Assembly (NCBI RefSeq): GCF_026571515.1
Contig: NW_026862559.1
Span: 1-64,000 of the forward strand
Direction: 5' to 3'
Origin: Ruditapes philippinarum
Taxonomy: Eukaryota
Length of the DNA stretch: 64,000 nucleotides
Below the pieces are notes generated by a model. The model saw only the letters and a program-made list of their open reading frames with translations, was not told the origin of the DNA and did no database searches. This document shows, in pieces, positions 1 to 13,319 of the stretch. The translations under genes and the position numbers were made by a program. The stretch's first letter is position 1, and each line of letters opens with the position of its first letter.

Positions 1-364
1 TGTCTTTCTTCCCTTTCTTTTTCTAACTGTCTTTCTTCCCTTTCTTTTTTCTAACTGTCTTTCTTCCCTTTTTTTTCAAACTGCATTTTTTCTAGTTCAA
101 ATTTAAATTGTAATTCAAGCTCTTTTTTTTTATTTCAGAAATTTCAGAGTGTTTTTCAACAATGTGAGAAAGTGCATCTTGTCCAAAAATATCTTCATCC
201 ACAAAATAATGAATCAGAAGATTTTTAATTTCTTGTTTACGCATTGAAGATTTAATTTCTGATAAATTATACTTTTTTGCAAGATCGAGCAAATCAGTTT
301 TCTTAGCCAAATCTAATACCTCCTGGGAAGGTTCAGCTACAAACTTTTCTAAATCAAAAGACAT
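1..364 (-). CDS. gag: Gag N-terminus of the Gypsy element (partial, frameshift in an A-run near 123-131)
   Basis: ORF MSFDLEKFVAEPSQEVLDLAKKTDLLDLAKKY... lies just downstream of the PBS. After a frame change it continues ELELQFKFELEKMQFEKKREERQLEK (EK/ER coiled-coil repeats), which resembles Gmr1-like Gypsy gag. Confidence 0.7.
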
Positions 365-538
365 GACTGCTTGCTGCTGGTTTTAAACTTAAATAGTGGT
401 GTGTTTAAAAAATTTCAAAATGAAAAGCACACTTAATAGAACAACTATGGTATCAACTCAAATGAGTAAATACGTTAATAACAAAATGTAAAATAAACAG
501 TAATAATTTCCAATAATGTAGCAAAAAAGAAATATTCA

Positions 539-556
539 ATCCCGGACGAGCCCCCA
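539..556 (-). promoter_or_regulatory. Primer-binding site for tRNA-Pro
   Basis: Plus-strand ATCCCGGACGAGCCCCCA equals the 18-nt 3' end of tRNA-Pro including CCA, and lies next to the LTR end. Confidence 0.9.
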
Positions 557-1532
557 ATTTCTGTTACGAGCCAGGCGTAACTAGAAAGAAAAGCCAGCAA
601 CAAACTTGTAACAATAACAAATTTATTACAGAAAAATTATTAAAGAAAAATAAAATAACAAATTGTGTTTACAAATACCTGAAGTCCAAATAAAAATGTA
701 AAATCTAATGTCTAGTCTGATCCTGGAATGATCCTTTTTGAATAGCACAGTTAAAATCCAAGTTAAATCCAAGAACACTTTAGAATAAATTCCCACAATA
801 AAATCCACAAGAATAATTTATTTTAAAATCCAAGCTCCAATAATTCACTTAATATCCAATTTGAATAATACTCCAAATATATTGATGACTTAAAAAGTAA
901 CTGATGACTTAAAAGGTAAAAGAAATGAAAAATATGCCGTAATATATATAAACTAGGAACATTCCAGAATAGTCTATTATGTTCTAGTGTAATCATAATC
1001 TAGCACTTTCAACAATAAAGAACAGTCCGGAAGTTTCTAACTAAATATAATGCATGAGTTTATCTATAACAATTAAGAAAGTTCTAGTACATACATGTAG
1101 TTTATGTTCTAAAAATAGAACAATGATAATATTGGAAATACCAACTGGTCAGATACAAACTATATACATGTAATATGTTGCATACATAACAATTCTTAAA
1201 CAAATATTAGTAATATGACGTCTTTGTTTATTCCATTTCGAATGGAGACAACAGTGCCATAAAAGAACAACTTGATTATAATAGAAAAATTTTGTTCTTC
1301 GTAGTGCAAAGCCCTTTCGTGCAAAAGTACCATCAAGATATACCTAGCACTATCATTGATTAACACTGACTCGTCAGAGAACTTTACAATACATTTTCTA
1401 ATAAACCAATCATTGTATAGAACTCATATGAACCCATATGAGACCAATAGCAAAAGTACACCAAGAACATAATTACACAATCAGAAAGAGTTTATGGAAA
1501 TTACTTTACTATATTTCTTCAAATTTAATATC

Positions 1533-1866
1533 CACGGGGGAGGAAGTGTTACACGAAGGATGGAGTTCTTATGATAACTTGTTTGGAGTTCTTATGATAA
1601 CTGTCACGGAGTTCCTGGAAAAAGATTTTTTCAGAAACAAAATACAATATGTAGGGCAAGCTTAATTATCAAAGTTAAATTAAGCACCTCAAACTCCCCA
1701 TTTAAAGTTAAAAATAACCATTTTTTACGCGAGTTCTCTAAGTATATAGAAAGGTTTTCCACAGAAATCCGTAACGTTTTCCAGGAACTCCGTGACAGTT
1801 ATCATAAGAACTCCAAACAAGTTATCATAAGAACTCCATCCTTCGTGTAACACTTCCTCCCCCGTG
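1533..1866. mobile_element. Non-autonomous DNA transposon (MITE), Transib-like
   Basis: 90-bp perfect terminal inverted repeats (CACGGGGGAGGAAGTG... at 1533-1622 and 1777-1866). 5-bp TSD ATATC at 1528-1532 and 1867-1871. The paralogous empty site near 14509 has a single ATATC. Confidence 0.85.
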
Positions 1867-2050
1867 ATATCTAACGTATAACGTATAAGTATCGCTCAAT
1901 TCCGGATTGTAAACGTACAGATTGTAAACTTTTTCTGTTTGACCTCGAGCTGTAAGATATTGTTGAAAATATAACAATGACAATTTGGCACGGTCTATGC
2001 ATAATTGGCACATTAATGTAACCTTTCCAGCGCATGTGCTTTTTGTTGTT

Positions 2051-3697
2051 TTTAGTCCTCTACCGGTTTGCGTGGTAATTTTAATTTATGTGGTAATTTT
2101 AGTGGTTTATGGGGTAAAATGCCACATTAAGGTCAAAGAAAAAGCACATTAACCACAATTGTTGACACTTCGGTCCGTCCGTCTGGCAGTCCGTCCGTCC
2201 ACAAACACGATAACGCAAAAAGTAATGAAACTATTTTTATGAAACGTGATATATGGATAGATGGCAGTATGGAGATTTTGCACGTATTTTTCTTTTCTTC
2301 TTAATTTGAAAACTCTGGTTGCTATGGCAACAAAAAGACTGAAAATATGGCAAATTTTACACATAAACTGGATCCAGTGATAAGGCAAAAAGTACATGAA
2401 ATATTTTTATGAAACTTGAAATATATGTAGATGGTAGTCTGGAAATTATGCACATCTTTTTCTGTTCTTCCTATGTTGACAATTCTGGTTGCTATGACAA
2501 GAAATATACTGCAAATAAGGCAAATTTAACAGATAAACTGGATCTAGTGATAATGCTAAAGTACTAGAAATATCTTTATGAAACTTGAAATATGGGTAGA
2601 TGGCAGTATGGAGATTATGCATGTTTTTTCTTTTCACCTTTTTTGAAAATAATTGGTTGCCATGGCTTAAAACATGGCACATATAACAATATTATTTTGT
2701 GATAAGTCAAAAAAGCTGAAATTTGTTATGAAACTTAAAATATGGATAGATGGTAGTATGGTGATTATCACATCATTTTAATCTTGACTATAGGGAGTAT
2801 GTTAAGAGCTGTCACACTTAACAAACGTCGGCAACCTGTTCTAGTTTTTAGGCTTTTTCACTATAAAATTCTTTATTTCTTAAGGTATTTATTTCTAACT
2901 TCAAACATACGTTTCTGGTCATTAACCACATCATATGTGACATCATATGTGACAAGTTTTAAGCACACACATTATCAGAATTGTCTCCCTTGAACTTACA
3001 TGAAAAAAAATGTGTTTTTTTTAATAACATCTTAATTTCTTCAAACTTCATATATAGGCTATATCTTTATTATTATCACTCAAATCATTTGTGAGAACTC
3101 TAGCAAGACTATTTCCAGAATAAATTCCCCCTTGAACTTAGATTTTTTTTTTGAGAAATTGGTATACATTTATTTTACTCCAACTTCTTCATTACTGATA
3201 GGATTTACTTCAAACTCCCACATCATAATAATATGACAAGGTTTATAAATCTAGCATCCTTATTTCCAGAATTATCTCCTCCTTAAACGTTTTAAACTTT
3301 GAATTTTTTCTTATTAATTCTTCTAACTTCCTTTTCCTTCAAATTCAAATAAACATTCATTATGAACAGCTTCATTACTAATTGTTCTTTGTTACACTCA
3401 CATCATGTATGACATCTTGGATATTTATTTCAAGAGTTAGCCCCTCTTTAAGAATTTTGCTTTTAAACAGGTTATATTTTGGTAACATGGATGTTTAAGA
3501 AATCAATTTTAGAGTGTTCTTCAGTCTGTCTGTTCATAAAAACTGTTTCATATGATCACTTTTAAAAAAATTGTCCAACACATTTTCTTAAAAAAGAGAA
3601 AAATTGAAACATTTGTGAATGGCCCTTCAGAATGTTGCCGGGGTTCTAACTGGCAGGGGACTTATGGATTGCTTGCAATACTATGATAATTGTTTGT
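2051..3697 (+). mobile_element. HINE/DINE-1-like (Helentron-associated) non-autonomous element
   Basis: Starts tttagtcc in a T-run, carries a (GTCC)n microsatellite at ~2170-2200, degenerate internal tandem repeats and a 3' hairpin (gattgcttgcaat). It is absent from the paralogous site at ~14680. Confidence 0.7.
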
Positions 3698-6600
3698 TTT
3701 ATATACAAAACAATTCGCTCAAGGTAATGTTCTGTTTTGCTGTGTGTATATTAAACAATAAATTATACATGAACAGTACCAGTTTTTGACGTCAATTTCT
3801 TAAGATGACGTAACGGGTCATATTGATTAAATTACAACCTTATTATCACATTTTAAATTTGAAACGGAAGTTACTTTGTTTCTAATGTAATTGCGATGCT
3901 AATATACTTTTCTCGTATCTCTACGCCAAATAATCGTTTTGTTTCATGCTCTCATCTGAAATGAAGACGCAAGTTTGATCATGGAACTGATAAAGCTCAT
4001 ATGAATAATAATAAAAAAAAGAATAAACATGTTTTGTTATGATTATTGACAGGAATTACTTTAGAACCTATTTGTTGTTCATTATTAATGAATGACTAGG
4101 TGAGATCAAAAGTGAAATGTGATTTTTTAATTATTAGTTATTATGAAATACTATCTGTTATGGTTCAAAGACTATATATTATAATGAAACGTTTCCCTCT
4201 TAAGGTGACTTAGACTTTAATCGTTCTCTATTATAGAAATACGACCATGTCTTTATATTTATTATTTAGGCAGTTAAATAACATTCACATAAAATCCAGC
4301 TAAAATTAGTATTGTATAATGCTTGATAAAATCAATTATATTTACATCATGCACGGTTTCAAGGACTTGTTTTTACTCCATTATCAGTCTTTAGCAGATG
4401 ACATGGTCCACGTTTTGAAATAGCTAATTAATTTGTCACAAGTAATCTAGGCTGCGGTAAAATTCAATAATTATTTGTTATTGTTTACAAACGCTCAATT
4501 GTTATAATCATTTTAAATGTTATAGTTCTATTATTTGTAAAAATAAAAAAATCCACAAGAATTCTTACTTTTTAACACATGCGATGTTTGATTCAGATCA
4601 TAATATAGATAATTGATAATGGTAACGGTACATTCCGAACAATATTTATAGAAATGTCCGTGGATCATGTGTATTATTGTTTAGTTTTGCATAGTAAAAT
4701 ATAAATTGGAAACAACTATGGAAAAAAGTAAATACACTTTCACTGACCATTTACACTTGAATGGGCCTGTCATTTTAAATAAAGGGATAAAATGAATATT
4801 TATGTCAAGAGATACGACTATATATAATCTCAAAAGGAAGAAACAAGGTTCAAATTAATAAATGTTCTACGTATTGACAAAAGAATTTGAGAAAAGACCA
4901 CATGTTTGTTATCTGACCAATCAACGCAATTTATTTTTTTTTCTTTTGATGATTGTTTAACACATTTAGATGACATTTATAATTTAAAATACGTTATTTT
5001 TAAGATATTTATGTTATTTGTAGTCAATAGCGATCGGAATGTATTTATTACATAAATCAAACACATCATTTAATATAATAGCACATTGCTAGTGTAATAA
5101 AGTTTTATATAAAAGACCTGCTACCAATATAACATGCAGAGATATAACAGGAAACAGAAATATCACAACTCTTACACATGTATTTCTCTTTTATATATTA
5201 ACAGAAATACAATTTAAGTCAATCCGCTTTTTTCTATGGACTGTAACATGTCGGACATCTCTTCCGCAAACCTACCGAGAACATTAATTAGTGGACCATT
5301 TGTTACTCGTTACTTGTCTGGGGGATTTCAATGCAATTACTAAGAAATCACGGTTTCTGTCCATTTTGTTTGTGTAACAGTTGTAGATTTGTGCATGCTT
5401 TCATTAACTTAGTGACGATTTCCAACATTTTGGACCTTCGTGTAGCTTCTTGTATTTCTCATGCATACATTTTTTCAATTCTGTTTCCATATTTTGATAT
5501 ATATATATAACTTAAAGAAAAACAATTTAATTGGCACCATTTTCCTTCTTTTAATTGCTGCATTTCAAATATTAGTCTTATGAGCAATATCGGGATTTTT
5601 AAGAAGCATTCTTCCAAACAAAATCTAAAAGTTTATGTAAGACTGTATAACTTTTCTGACGTGTTGAATTAATCAAATCGTTTAGTGCGCTCATCACTTT
5701 TCCTCTTTGTGGAAAGGGATACAAAATAAAGGATGATTCTTTTTTGTACAATTACCTCCTTGCATATCTATAACATATTGGTTTAGATATAACTGTTCCA
5801 CAAGGAGAAAAAATAATACATACAATATATTTATATAAAAATATTTGAAAGGAATACACAACAATAAGTATTCAAACAGCTTTTAAAAATTTCTGCCGAG
5901 CTTTATTATTGTCTGAAAGTTGTGATTTCTCGACATCTATTTTATATTCAAGTAGTCTGTCCTTTAAAATAATGAGAAATTTACGCTACATTTTTTTTTC
6001 AGTTAAAAGCGTTGATATTTCCGAGCACTCTCTCTCTCTTTACAGACAGCTTAAATGTCTTTCACAAACAATGGAAAGAAACTTAAGTAAAAGTGATGTA
6101 AAATGACGGAAACAAATCTCATGACAACATACTATGTGATAGTATTCTGTAAAGCTTGGTGAAATTTGAAATCATAGGTCATTCATTAAATATTCAAAAT
6201 GTTTGATATCAATTATGCGGACTAAATCATCTTGCATCAACAGTGTAAGCTCTTGACACAAATCTCATTACCATATTAATACTGAAAGAAAAAGAAGATT
6301 AACTCAAAATAATTTGATTTTGCTAAAATATTAATTGACACAAAATTTATAATATGTCATAATATCGTTTTGTTGGAACACGATTGTTGATAAAAATATG
6401 AAAAAGATCAACAAGGAAGGACGGCATTCAGTGAAAGCATTCACCAACACAAAATAGCATCATCGGCTAGGGACCTGCAAACCGAGCCTGCACGATTTGT
6501 AATGTTGCCGTTGTGGGCTTTCTTTAGGGATTCCTATTTTCTCTATTTTAGTACCTTGATACAGTTTCAAATATAAACTCATTTGCCCCCCACCCTTAAA

Positions 6601-7449
6601 ATATCTCTGCTCCTTTTGCTTTGTTGGCTATTGGTAAAATCAAACTGAAAAAGTATTTTGCATGGAATAGAAAAAATAAGAATGATCTCTAAAGATAGTC
6701 CAACTGGGCACAATTTAAAATGTTGCAGGCTTGGTTTGATAGAGTCTGTTCATGGATGATACTGCCAAGTAAAATCTACCGTCCACGCCTCCTAGCGGAA
6801 TTCAACATTTAACATGAACTAATACAATTTTATAATTTTGAAACATCCGCAGATGGTCCCCAAGTAATACAATGCGCGTTCCAAATAAATATACTACTTC
6901 GTTTACATTTAGCTACCTTCACAAAACATTTTTATCATTTCTTAAAGAATTGATTAGTATGGATTTTTGAAGCATACTGTGCCTTTAAGTGTGAGCTCAT
7001 AATGCATTAAGCTTGAATTAAGTTGGTAGCCTCAATCAAACCGACTTTCGGCTATGCAGAAATCATTTTTAAAAATATATTTGTGTAAGTGTTTTGTAAC
7101 GTTAAACATATTATTCGTTCTAAATAAAAGTTTTGTATTCGCGTAAATACACTTTTAACAACAGGGTATTAGATACAACGTGTTCTTCTATAATTGATAC
7201 CTAAATTGTGTATTTCAATATAATGGACAAAAAATTGCCTTTATGGTAACTTCACTCAATAATAAATCAATTCCGCGACACAAACTATATTTGCGTACCA
7301 AATGTCATAAGCGGATAGAAAGATCTGCTCAAACCGGTGATTAGTTGCACTACCCGGTATCAGAGAGTGTTTTACTAAATATTCATCAGATACAAAAGAT
7401 GAGATTTTTTCATACAGTCTAACATTTATTTTTCCACTATATTTACCAT

Positions 7450-9270
7450 AATGACCCTGAACTTTACATATCTGGTTCTAAAATTCCAGTAGTTGATGAA
7501 GCTAAGTTTTAGGAATTATATTTGATAAAAAACTTTCTTTCATACCATATATTAAACATTTGAAAACTAAATGCCTAAAAGCTTTAAATTAACTAAGGGT
7601 TTTATCAAGTACAAATCGGGGATCAAATTCTTCCACATTATTGAAATTATACAGAAGTCTTATCCGATGAAAATTAGAGTATGGTTCTATAGTACATGTA
7701 TATGGATCTGCAAGAAAATAATATCTTCAAATGCTAGATACCATACATCACCAGGTTAAGGTGCTTTTCGCACCTCACCTGTAGAAAGTCTATATGCGGA
7801 AGCTGGGGAACCATCACTTCATCTTCGTCGAAAAAAGCTATCACTTCAATATACAACTAGAATTTCATGTAATAGCAAAAATCCAGCTAAAAATATTATT
7901 TTCAAAACAAGTTATACTGACAAATTTGAACCATTAGGCCTTCGTTTAAAAGTTTATTTAGATAAACTTAAAATTAATCCAGACAGTTTTGTTTGTTTGT
8001 TTGTTTCATTTTACGCCTTTTTCCAACAGTATTTCAGTCATATAGGCGGGTAGTTTCCTAACCATCGTTCCTGGAGAGTTACACCAGTACTAGACAACCT
8101 TCCTCCGCGCTAAACTACCAAAGCATCTCCCGGGGATCGAACCCACGCCAGAGAGGTACCTGGATTAGAAGTCATCGACTCTAACCCCTCGACCAAGGAG
8201 GCGGTAATCCAGACAGTATCCTTCAAAATGACTATGAAGATGTTCCACATTGGACTTATAATTTCCCAAAATTAAATATTAACCTTTCAAATATGAAAAA
8301 GTCATCAAAATCACCTGAACATTTCAAAGAGAAGTTTCTAGCAATTAAGGAAGAACATGAAGATTTTATACATATTTAGACGGTTCAAAAGAAGGTTGCA
8401 AGGTAGGTGCAGCTGTGTTTGAAAATAATTTTACATCTAGTATAAGATTACCAGATAATGCATCAATTTTTACTGCTGAAGCAAAAGCTATAGATTTAGC
8501 ATTGTCATACATAGAACAGCATACCCATGATAAATTTGTGATATTTTCTGACTCGCTTTCTGTTTTAATATCCATTAAAAATAAAAAATCTGACAATGTC
8601 ATGATAAAGAAACTTCTTTTACGATTTCATGATATACTTAAAACAAAATTGGATTCCAAGTCATGTAGGTATACGAGGAAATGAAAAAGTAGATGCTTTA
8701 GCTAAACAATCATTAAATTTTCAAAAAACTGACTTATTGTTGTTACCTGCTTGTGATTAAAGACCGGCTTTAAATAAACTCGTATCATCTGAATGGAAAG
8801 CAAATTGGGACAATGCCGTTTTTAATAAACTTTCTATATAAACCACTCTCTTGATGTGTCACCATCTCTATCTCTGGCAAACCGCCATGATCAAACAGTT
8901 CTTCTTCGATGCCAAATTGGACACACTAAAATTATCCACTCTTATCTCCTTACGAATGACAATGCCCCCTTCTGTATAGGTTGTAATAAACATTTTACTG
9001 TCAAGCATTTTCTTCTTGAATGTCATGATTTTTCACAGGCCCGTAATAGATTTTATTCTGTAAATTCACTCAAAAAACTCTTTAATACAATTCCATCAAA
9101 AAAATATCATTGATTATTTAAAAGAGATAAATTTGTATTCTAGGATCAAATTGGCTCATTTTTATTGTCATTTACAAGTTTTACATAACATTTTTAGCCT
9201 ATTATAATAGCATTCGGCACGATATGGCCAGTTATGTGTTGACGTGTCGTCCAAATACAAACAAACAAAA
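7450..9270 (+). mobile_element. 5'-truncated, degenerate I-group (I/Nimb/Ingi-like) LINE with RNase H
   Basis: Fragments GAFRTSPVESLYAEAGEPSLHLRRKKLSLQY (~7760-7855); RNase H ..YLDGSKEG..GAAV..SIFTAEAKAI..IFSDSLS (8370-8600); C-terminal CIGC..FTVKHFLLEC zinc motif; (CAAA)n tail near 9255-9270. Absent from copy B at ~25360. Confidence 0.85.
7988..8204 (-). mobile_element. tRNA-derived SINE (CORE-like centre) nested in the LINE
   Basis: Minus-strand A box TGGTCGAGGGG and B box GGTTCGATCC, (AAAC)n tail, and a perfect 13-bp TSD TAATCCAGACAGT at 7975-7987 and 8205-8217. Confidence 0.9.
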
Positions 9271-12200
9271 CATATTTACAAACTGATGTGGAGGTTAGCT
9301 CAATCATGGCTGGCAGTGTATCACCTGGAGCTAAGGTGTGTTACAACCGGTGCTAGGTATCTAGAAGGTCATTACTATTTACTGGTACTGTCTAGAAAAT
9401 GGCCATTGACGAAGCATTATATAATATAATTACTCTATAAAAAAAGTGTATGTACCTAAATTCTTATTTTCTCCATTTTGGTTTGTTTGGTTTTACGGCG
9501 CACAAACAGAGTATGAAACATTTGGTGCCGAAACAGGAAAGATGACTTTTGCTTCCATCGGGTATCAGAAGTCAAAACTTTATCACCTGCTTCCGCCAAA
9601 GGTGCATTAAATGCTAGTTGATATTTGTTCTATTTTTTTTTTCCAATTCTGTAAACTTAATGTTTGAATATTTCATGTTTTATTACTTACATGAACCAAT
9701 GTATGTCGACTTAATCTGCTTTCTCTTACTTAATTTATGACCGCGGGCTATAACACCATATTGTAAAGAAAATAGCAATGACCATTCTGTTCCGTGAATA
9801 TCGCTGTTCCGTGAATATCGCTCTCCCTTGTTAATCTTAAAGCTCGATAAAATTTGTAACTGTTAATTATTGATACTTTTAGTATAAGTCGAACACGACA
9901 TTATTCGGTCGTATCATTGTGATATAATGGATTATGCAAGTATTTCAATTTGTACATTTTTCTTTTTTTACTACAATATAGAAGAGTAAAAGTGAACATG
10001 AAAATGTAAATCCGGGTAGCGTAGTGATTAGAGAGTTCATGTTAATATGAAAATTTAGGTAATGAAAATTATGTAACGAGTTCAATTCTGCAATTGTGCA
10101 CAAGTTTTTATCATTGCTTTTACTTTCAGAATATTATTTTGTGTAGTTTATTAGGAAACTTTCCATTTGTCTATTATAATTAGCAATTAATTTAATGTTT
10201 TGTACAATTTAAAGTTAAACTTATAACGGTTACGCATTATTGATGTATTTGGCTTTTTAACGGGCATTGGACAAATCGAATACATGTAGTATTATGTATT
10301 TTATTCTTAACTCCAATGGCCACATTTCTAACAATTTTGTTGACTTTCCTTTTGAACATTTGATGTCATTGTTGGAGGAGCTGGTAGAAGCACTGTTGGT
10401 ATTATAATTCTGATTTGTGGTTTCAGTTGGAGAGTTAGTACTTTTGTCCTTCAGGTTGTTGTTGCCATCCTTGTTATTTTCTTTATTAGACGCCGCGCTG
10501 CACGCTGTACAACATGTCATTGAGAATTAAAATTAACGTTAAACTGAAGTGATAGTGTCATGTCTGAATGTCATAATCTTTTTATCATTAAGTTATTTTA
10601 TTTACCAAATAAATAACGTGCCAATGAGCCAGTCTATAGTCGACCGTTTTCAAACTTAACAGTTGAGAGAGGTAACAACTGACGCAGAATCAATCACTTT
10701 ATTTGTTCCGCCACTGTTGAAGTACGGCTCCGCCTTAAATTGTCACCAAATTTAATATGATGTTTACTCTATATGCTAGCATTTAGTCTCCGTTGACTTG
10801 GGGAAGGTAACAAGGACAACTATTATCAATATCATTTCCCTGCAACATAAGGACGAATCATTAAATTGCAAGTAACAAAGCCTAAACCACGCCTACTATC
10901 AGAGAGGCGGTTCTCTCTCAATCGTAAAGGAAATACGCTCAGCTCACAGATCCGTGAGGCAAATGTGCAATCTTGTGTTTAATCAAGTAGCTCAATCTTT
11001 TAGGAATAAAAAAGCAATATGTAACTAAGAAATGATTATATTTAAAATTTATTCATAACTATTATTTGATATTACAGACATACTTTTGCTTTTTGTAAAA
11101 TAACAGAACAGTTCGTCCTCATTTCATTCGAACATGATGCGATTCGCTCTAATATTTAAATTGACATTCATTTGTATTCTCGGGGCAACGAATATATCTT
11201 TTACCTTTGTCTTTGTCTCAAATTTATTTTAAGTATACCAGTCGTAAATTTATTTTAAGTATACCAATCATTTCAATTTTACGTGTTATCCAATTTGTTT
11301 TGCTTCGACAAGACCTTTCAATCTTTGTCGCAACAGACAAACATTTCAGAATTTCAGACACGGAATTACAGGGAATTTATGCATTAAGCTATATATTTTT
11401 ACAAAAATATGCAACGTTATTATTAAACAGCGAGCACATACCAAGAACATAGAAATAAAATTGACTAGTATTTCGGATATTCAACTGTATTAGAAAACGA
11501 TGATTTTCAAGGCTGATTTTGTGCATTACCTTTGACTGTTCCCTTCATTTGGCGGCGTCTCAGATGTGCAGCATCAACATTTAACTTGTAACTTGCTTGA
11601 ATGTATTCATCGAAATCAGAATCAAACAAATCTAGAGTGCTTTGTAGGGCTATTTGGGACGCGTTCTGTTTCATTGCAGCAAGCTGCTTTTTCAGCAAAC
11701 AATTTTCTTGAATCAAGTTTGTTCTTTCATCACACATTTTTGACACTGATTCATAATTGCGTTGTAAATATTAAAGTTGTGCTTTTTAAGTCCTCTTTTT
11801 CTGTACCCGAAATAGTCATGTTTACCTTACAGGATTTAAACGTCTTGCCACTGTTTCCAATTTCCTCTTAGCTTGTATGACTCTCCCAACATTTCAAGAT
11901 GTAAAGCCTTCATGCTTTCAAGAGGATCCATTATAACCTTCAGAATAAAAGAAAAGTATAATAATACGACTTTTATGAAATGAATTCAGAAATAATTTTA
12001 TTGGCTATGTAATATTAAGTTATGCAGTTATCATTGAATGTGGAATAAAAGTATTAAGCACACCTTTGTTATTGTTTAAGAGTTGAACGGTTGAAGGTAT
12101 TGTTTTTCGGAAGAAAAGTAGTCAATGGAATTTAACTGAAAATATAGAGAATACAAATTTAAATGGAATCTTTCTATTCATATAAGTATCACTTGATGTT

Positions 12201-12569
12201 ATACTCTGGAGGCAAGAGGTGTGACTTTTCTCTTTAAGCATGTAGCATTCTTCAGCATCATTTGAACAAAATGATGCAAAGTTAAAAAAAATGGTAGTTT
12301 GATAATAAGAAATTATTGTTTTCATTATTTTTCAGGACTTGTAGATAATGATTTGAAAAATACACGATGCTGCCATAGCCAATTAAAAAGTAATAAGAGC
12401 AACGAGAAGTGAACTTTAAAGAAATAGATAATATTTTATACTTATTAAGGAAAGATAAAGTATTTCAGTGAAAATTGAAAGACACGAAACTCTACATTTC
12501 TGTGCACAAATTTGATGAATATTCTGCTAGTAAAGGAAAAAGGTACCGACAGAAAAAATAAATAAGTAC

Positions 12570-13319
12570 TAAATTTCAGTTTTCCCAGAGTATAACTCAT
12601 GAAACTACAGAGTTATGCAACTTGTGTTAGAGAAGACTAAATACATGAATCAGATATGAGTTTTGTTCAGTGATTCATATTTATGAACAGAAAATATACA
12701 CATGAAGTCTCAAGTTTGTATCTTTAATAGTTTCAGAGATATGCAAAACTTGCATGTAAAACTTTACCAAGAAAAGGAGATTTGTTTTAGTACAAAAAGG
12801 AGCATAATTTAGTCATCATACATGGCAGAGTAATGGATCTTGAAATGTGATCTTCAATAATGACCTTAAGTACATGTGTTAAGTTTCAAGGAGATATCTT
12901 TTATAGTCCTTAAGACTTTTAACTTTTAACCAAAAGTGTCATGGGCATAATTGTGCAAATATTGCAGTTAGAGTTCTACAACTTTGCAAACTAATGAACA
13001 TTGTTACTATAAAAAAGTATTGTAAATTTCAATTAAATATCTCAAGCAATAATTGAGACATTTGACTTCACAAAAAACTTTAACCAACATTTCTAGGTTA
13101 AAAAGGACATAATTCTGTAAATATTGTAGGTAGAGTTATCCAACTTGTCAATCCAATGAACATTGTTACTATAAATAAGTATTGTTAGTTTCAATTGAAT
13201 ATCTCAAGCAATAATTGAGATATTTGACTTTACAAAAAACTTTAACCAATGCCGACGCCGACGACGACCCGGGGCGACTGCAATAGCTCCCCATATTCTT
13301 CGAAAGGTCGAGCTAAAAA
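12570..13319 (-). mobile_element. HINE/DINE-1-like element (partial)
   Basis: Terminus ...gccgacgccgacgacgacc...atagctcc..ttcttcgaa..gtcgagctaaaaa resembles the terminus at 21880-21956. Contains degenerate internal tandem repeats. Confidence 0.7.

Larger units (their letters stand above)
1..1191 (-). mobile_element. Gypsy/Ty3-type LTR retrotransposon, 5' end (LTR 562-1191, PBS 539-556, gag start at 364; continues off the left edge)
   Basis: On the minus strand the LTR reads TGTTA...TAACA (1191 to 562) and is followed 5 nt later by TGGGGGCTCGTCCGGGAT, complementary to the tRNA-Pro 3' end. The flank from 1192 (attcttaa...) matches the uninterrupted paralogous site at 14023, which fixes the LTR boundary. 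Confidence 0.85.
1192..10002. repeat. Segmental duplication, copy A
   Basis: Colinear blocks match copy B: 1192-2050 with 14023-14680; 3698-4015 with 14680-15025; 4470-4820 with 17845-18215; 4820-7445 with 22235-25360; 9285-10002 with 25368-26056. Confidence 0.85.

Noticed and set aside
539-556. tRNA-Pro gene fragment
   Set aside because: Only the 3' 18 nt including CCA are present, next to an LTR, so it is a PBS.
8130-8204. tRNA gene
   Set aside because: The A/B boxes belong to a SINE head with body, tail and TSD, and no full cloverleaf is evident.
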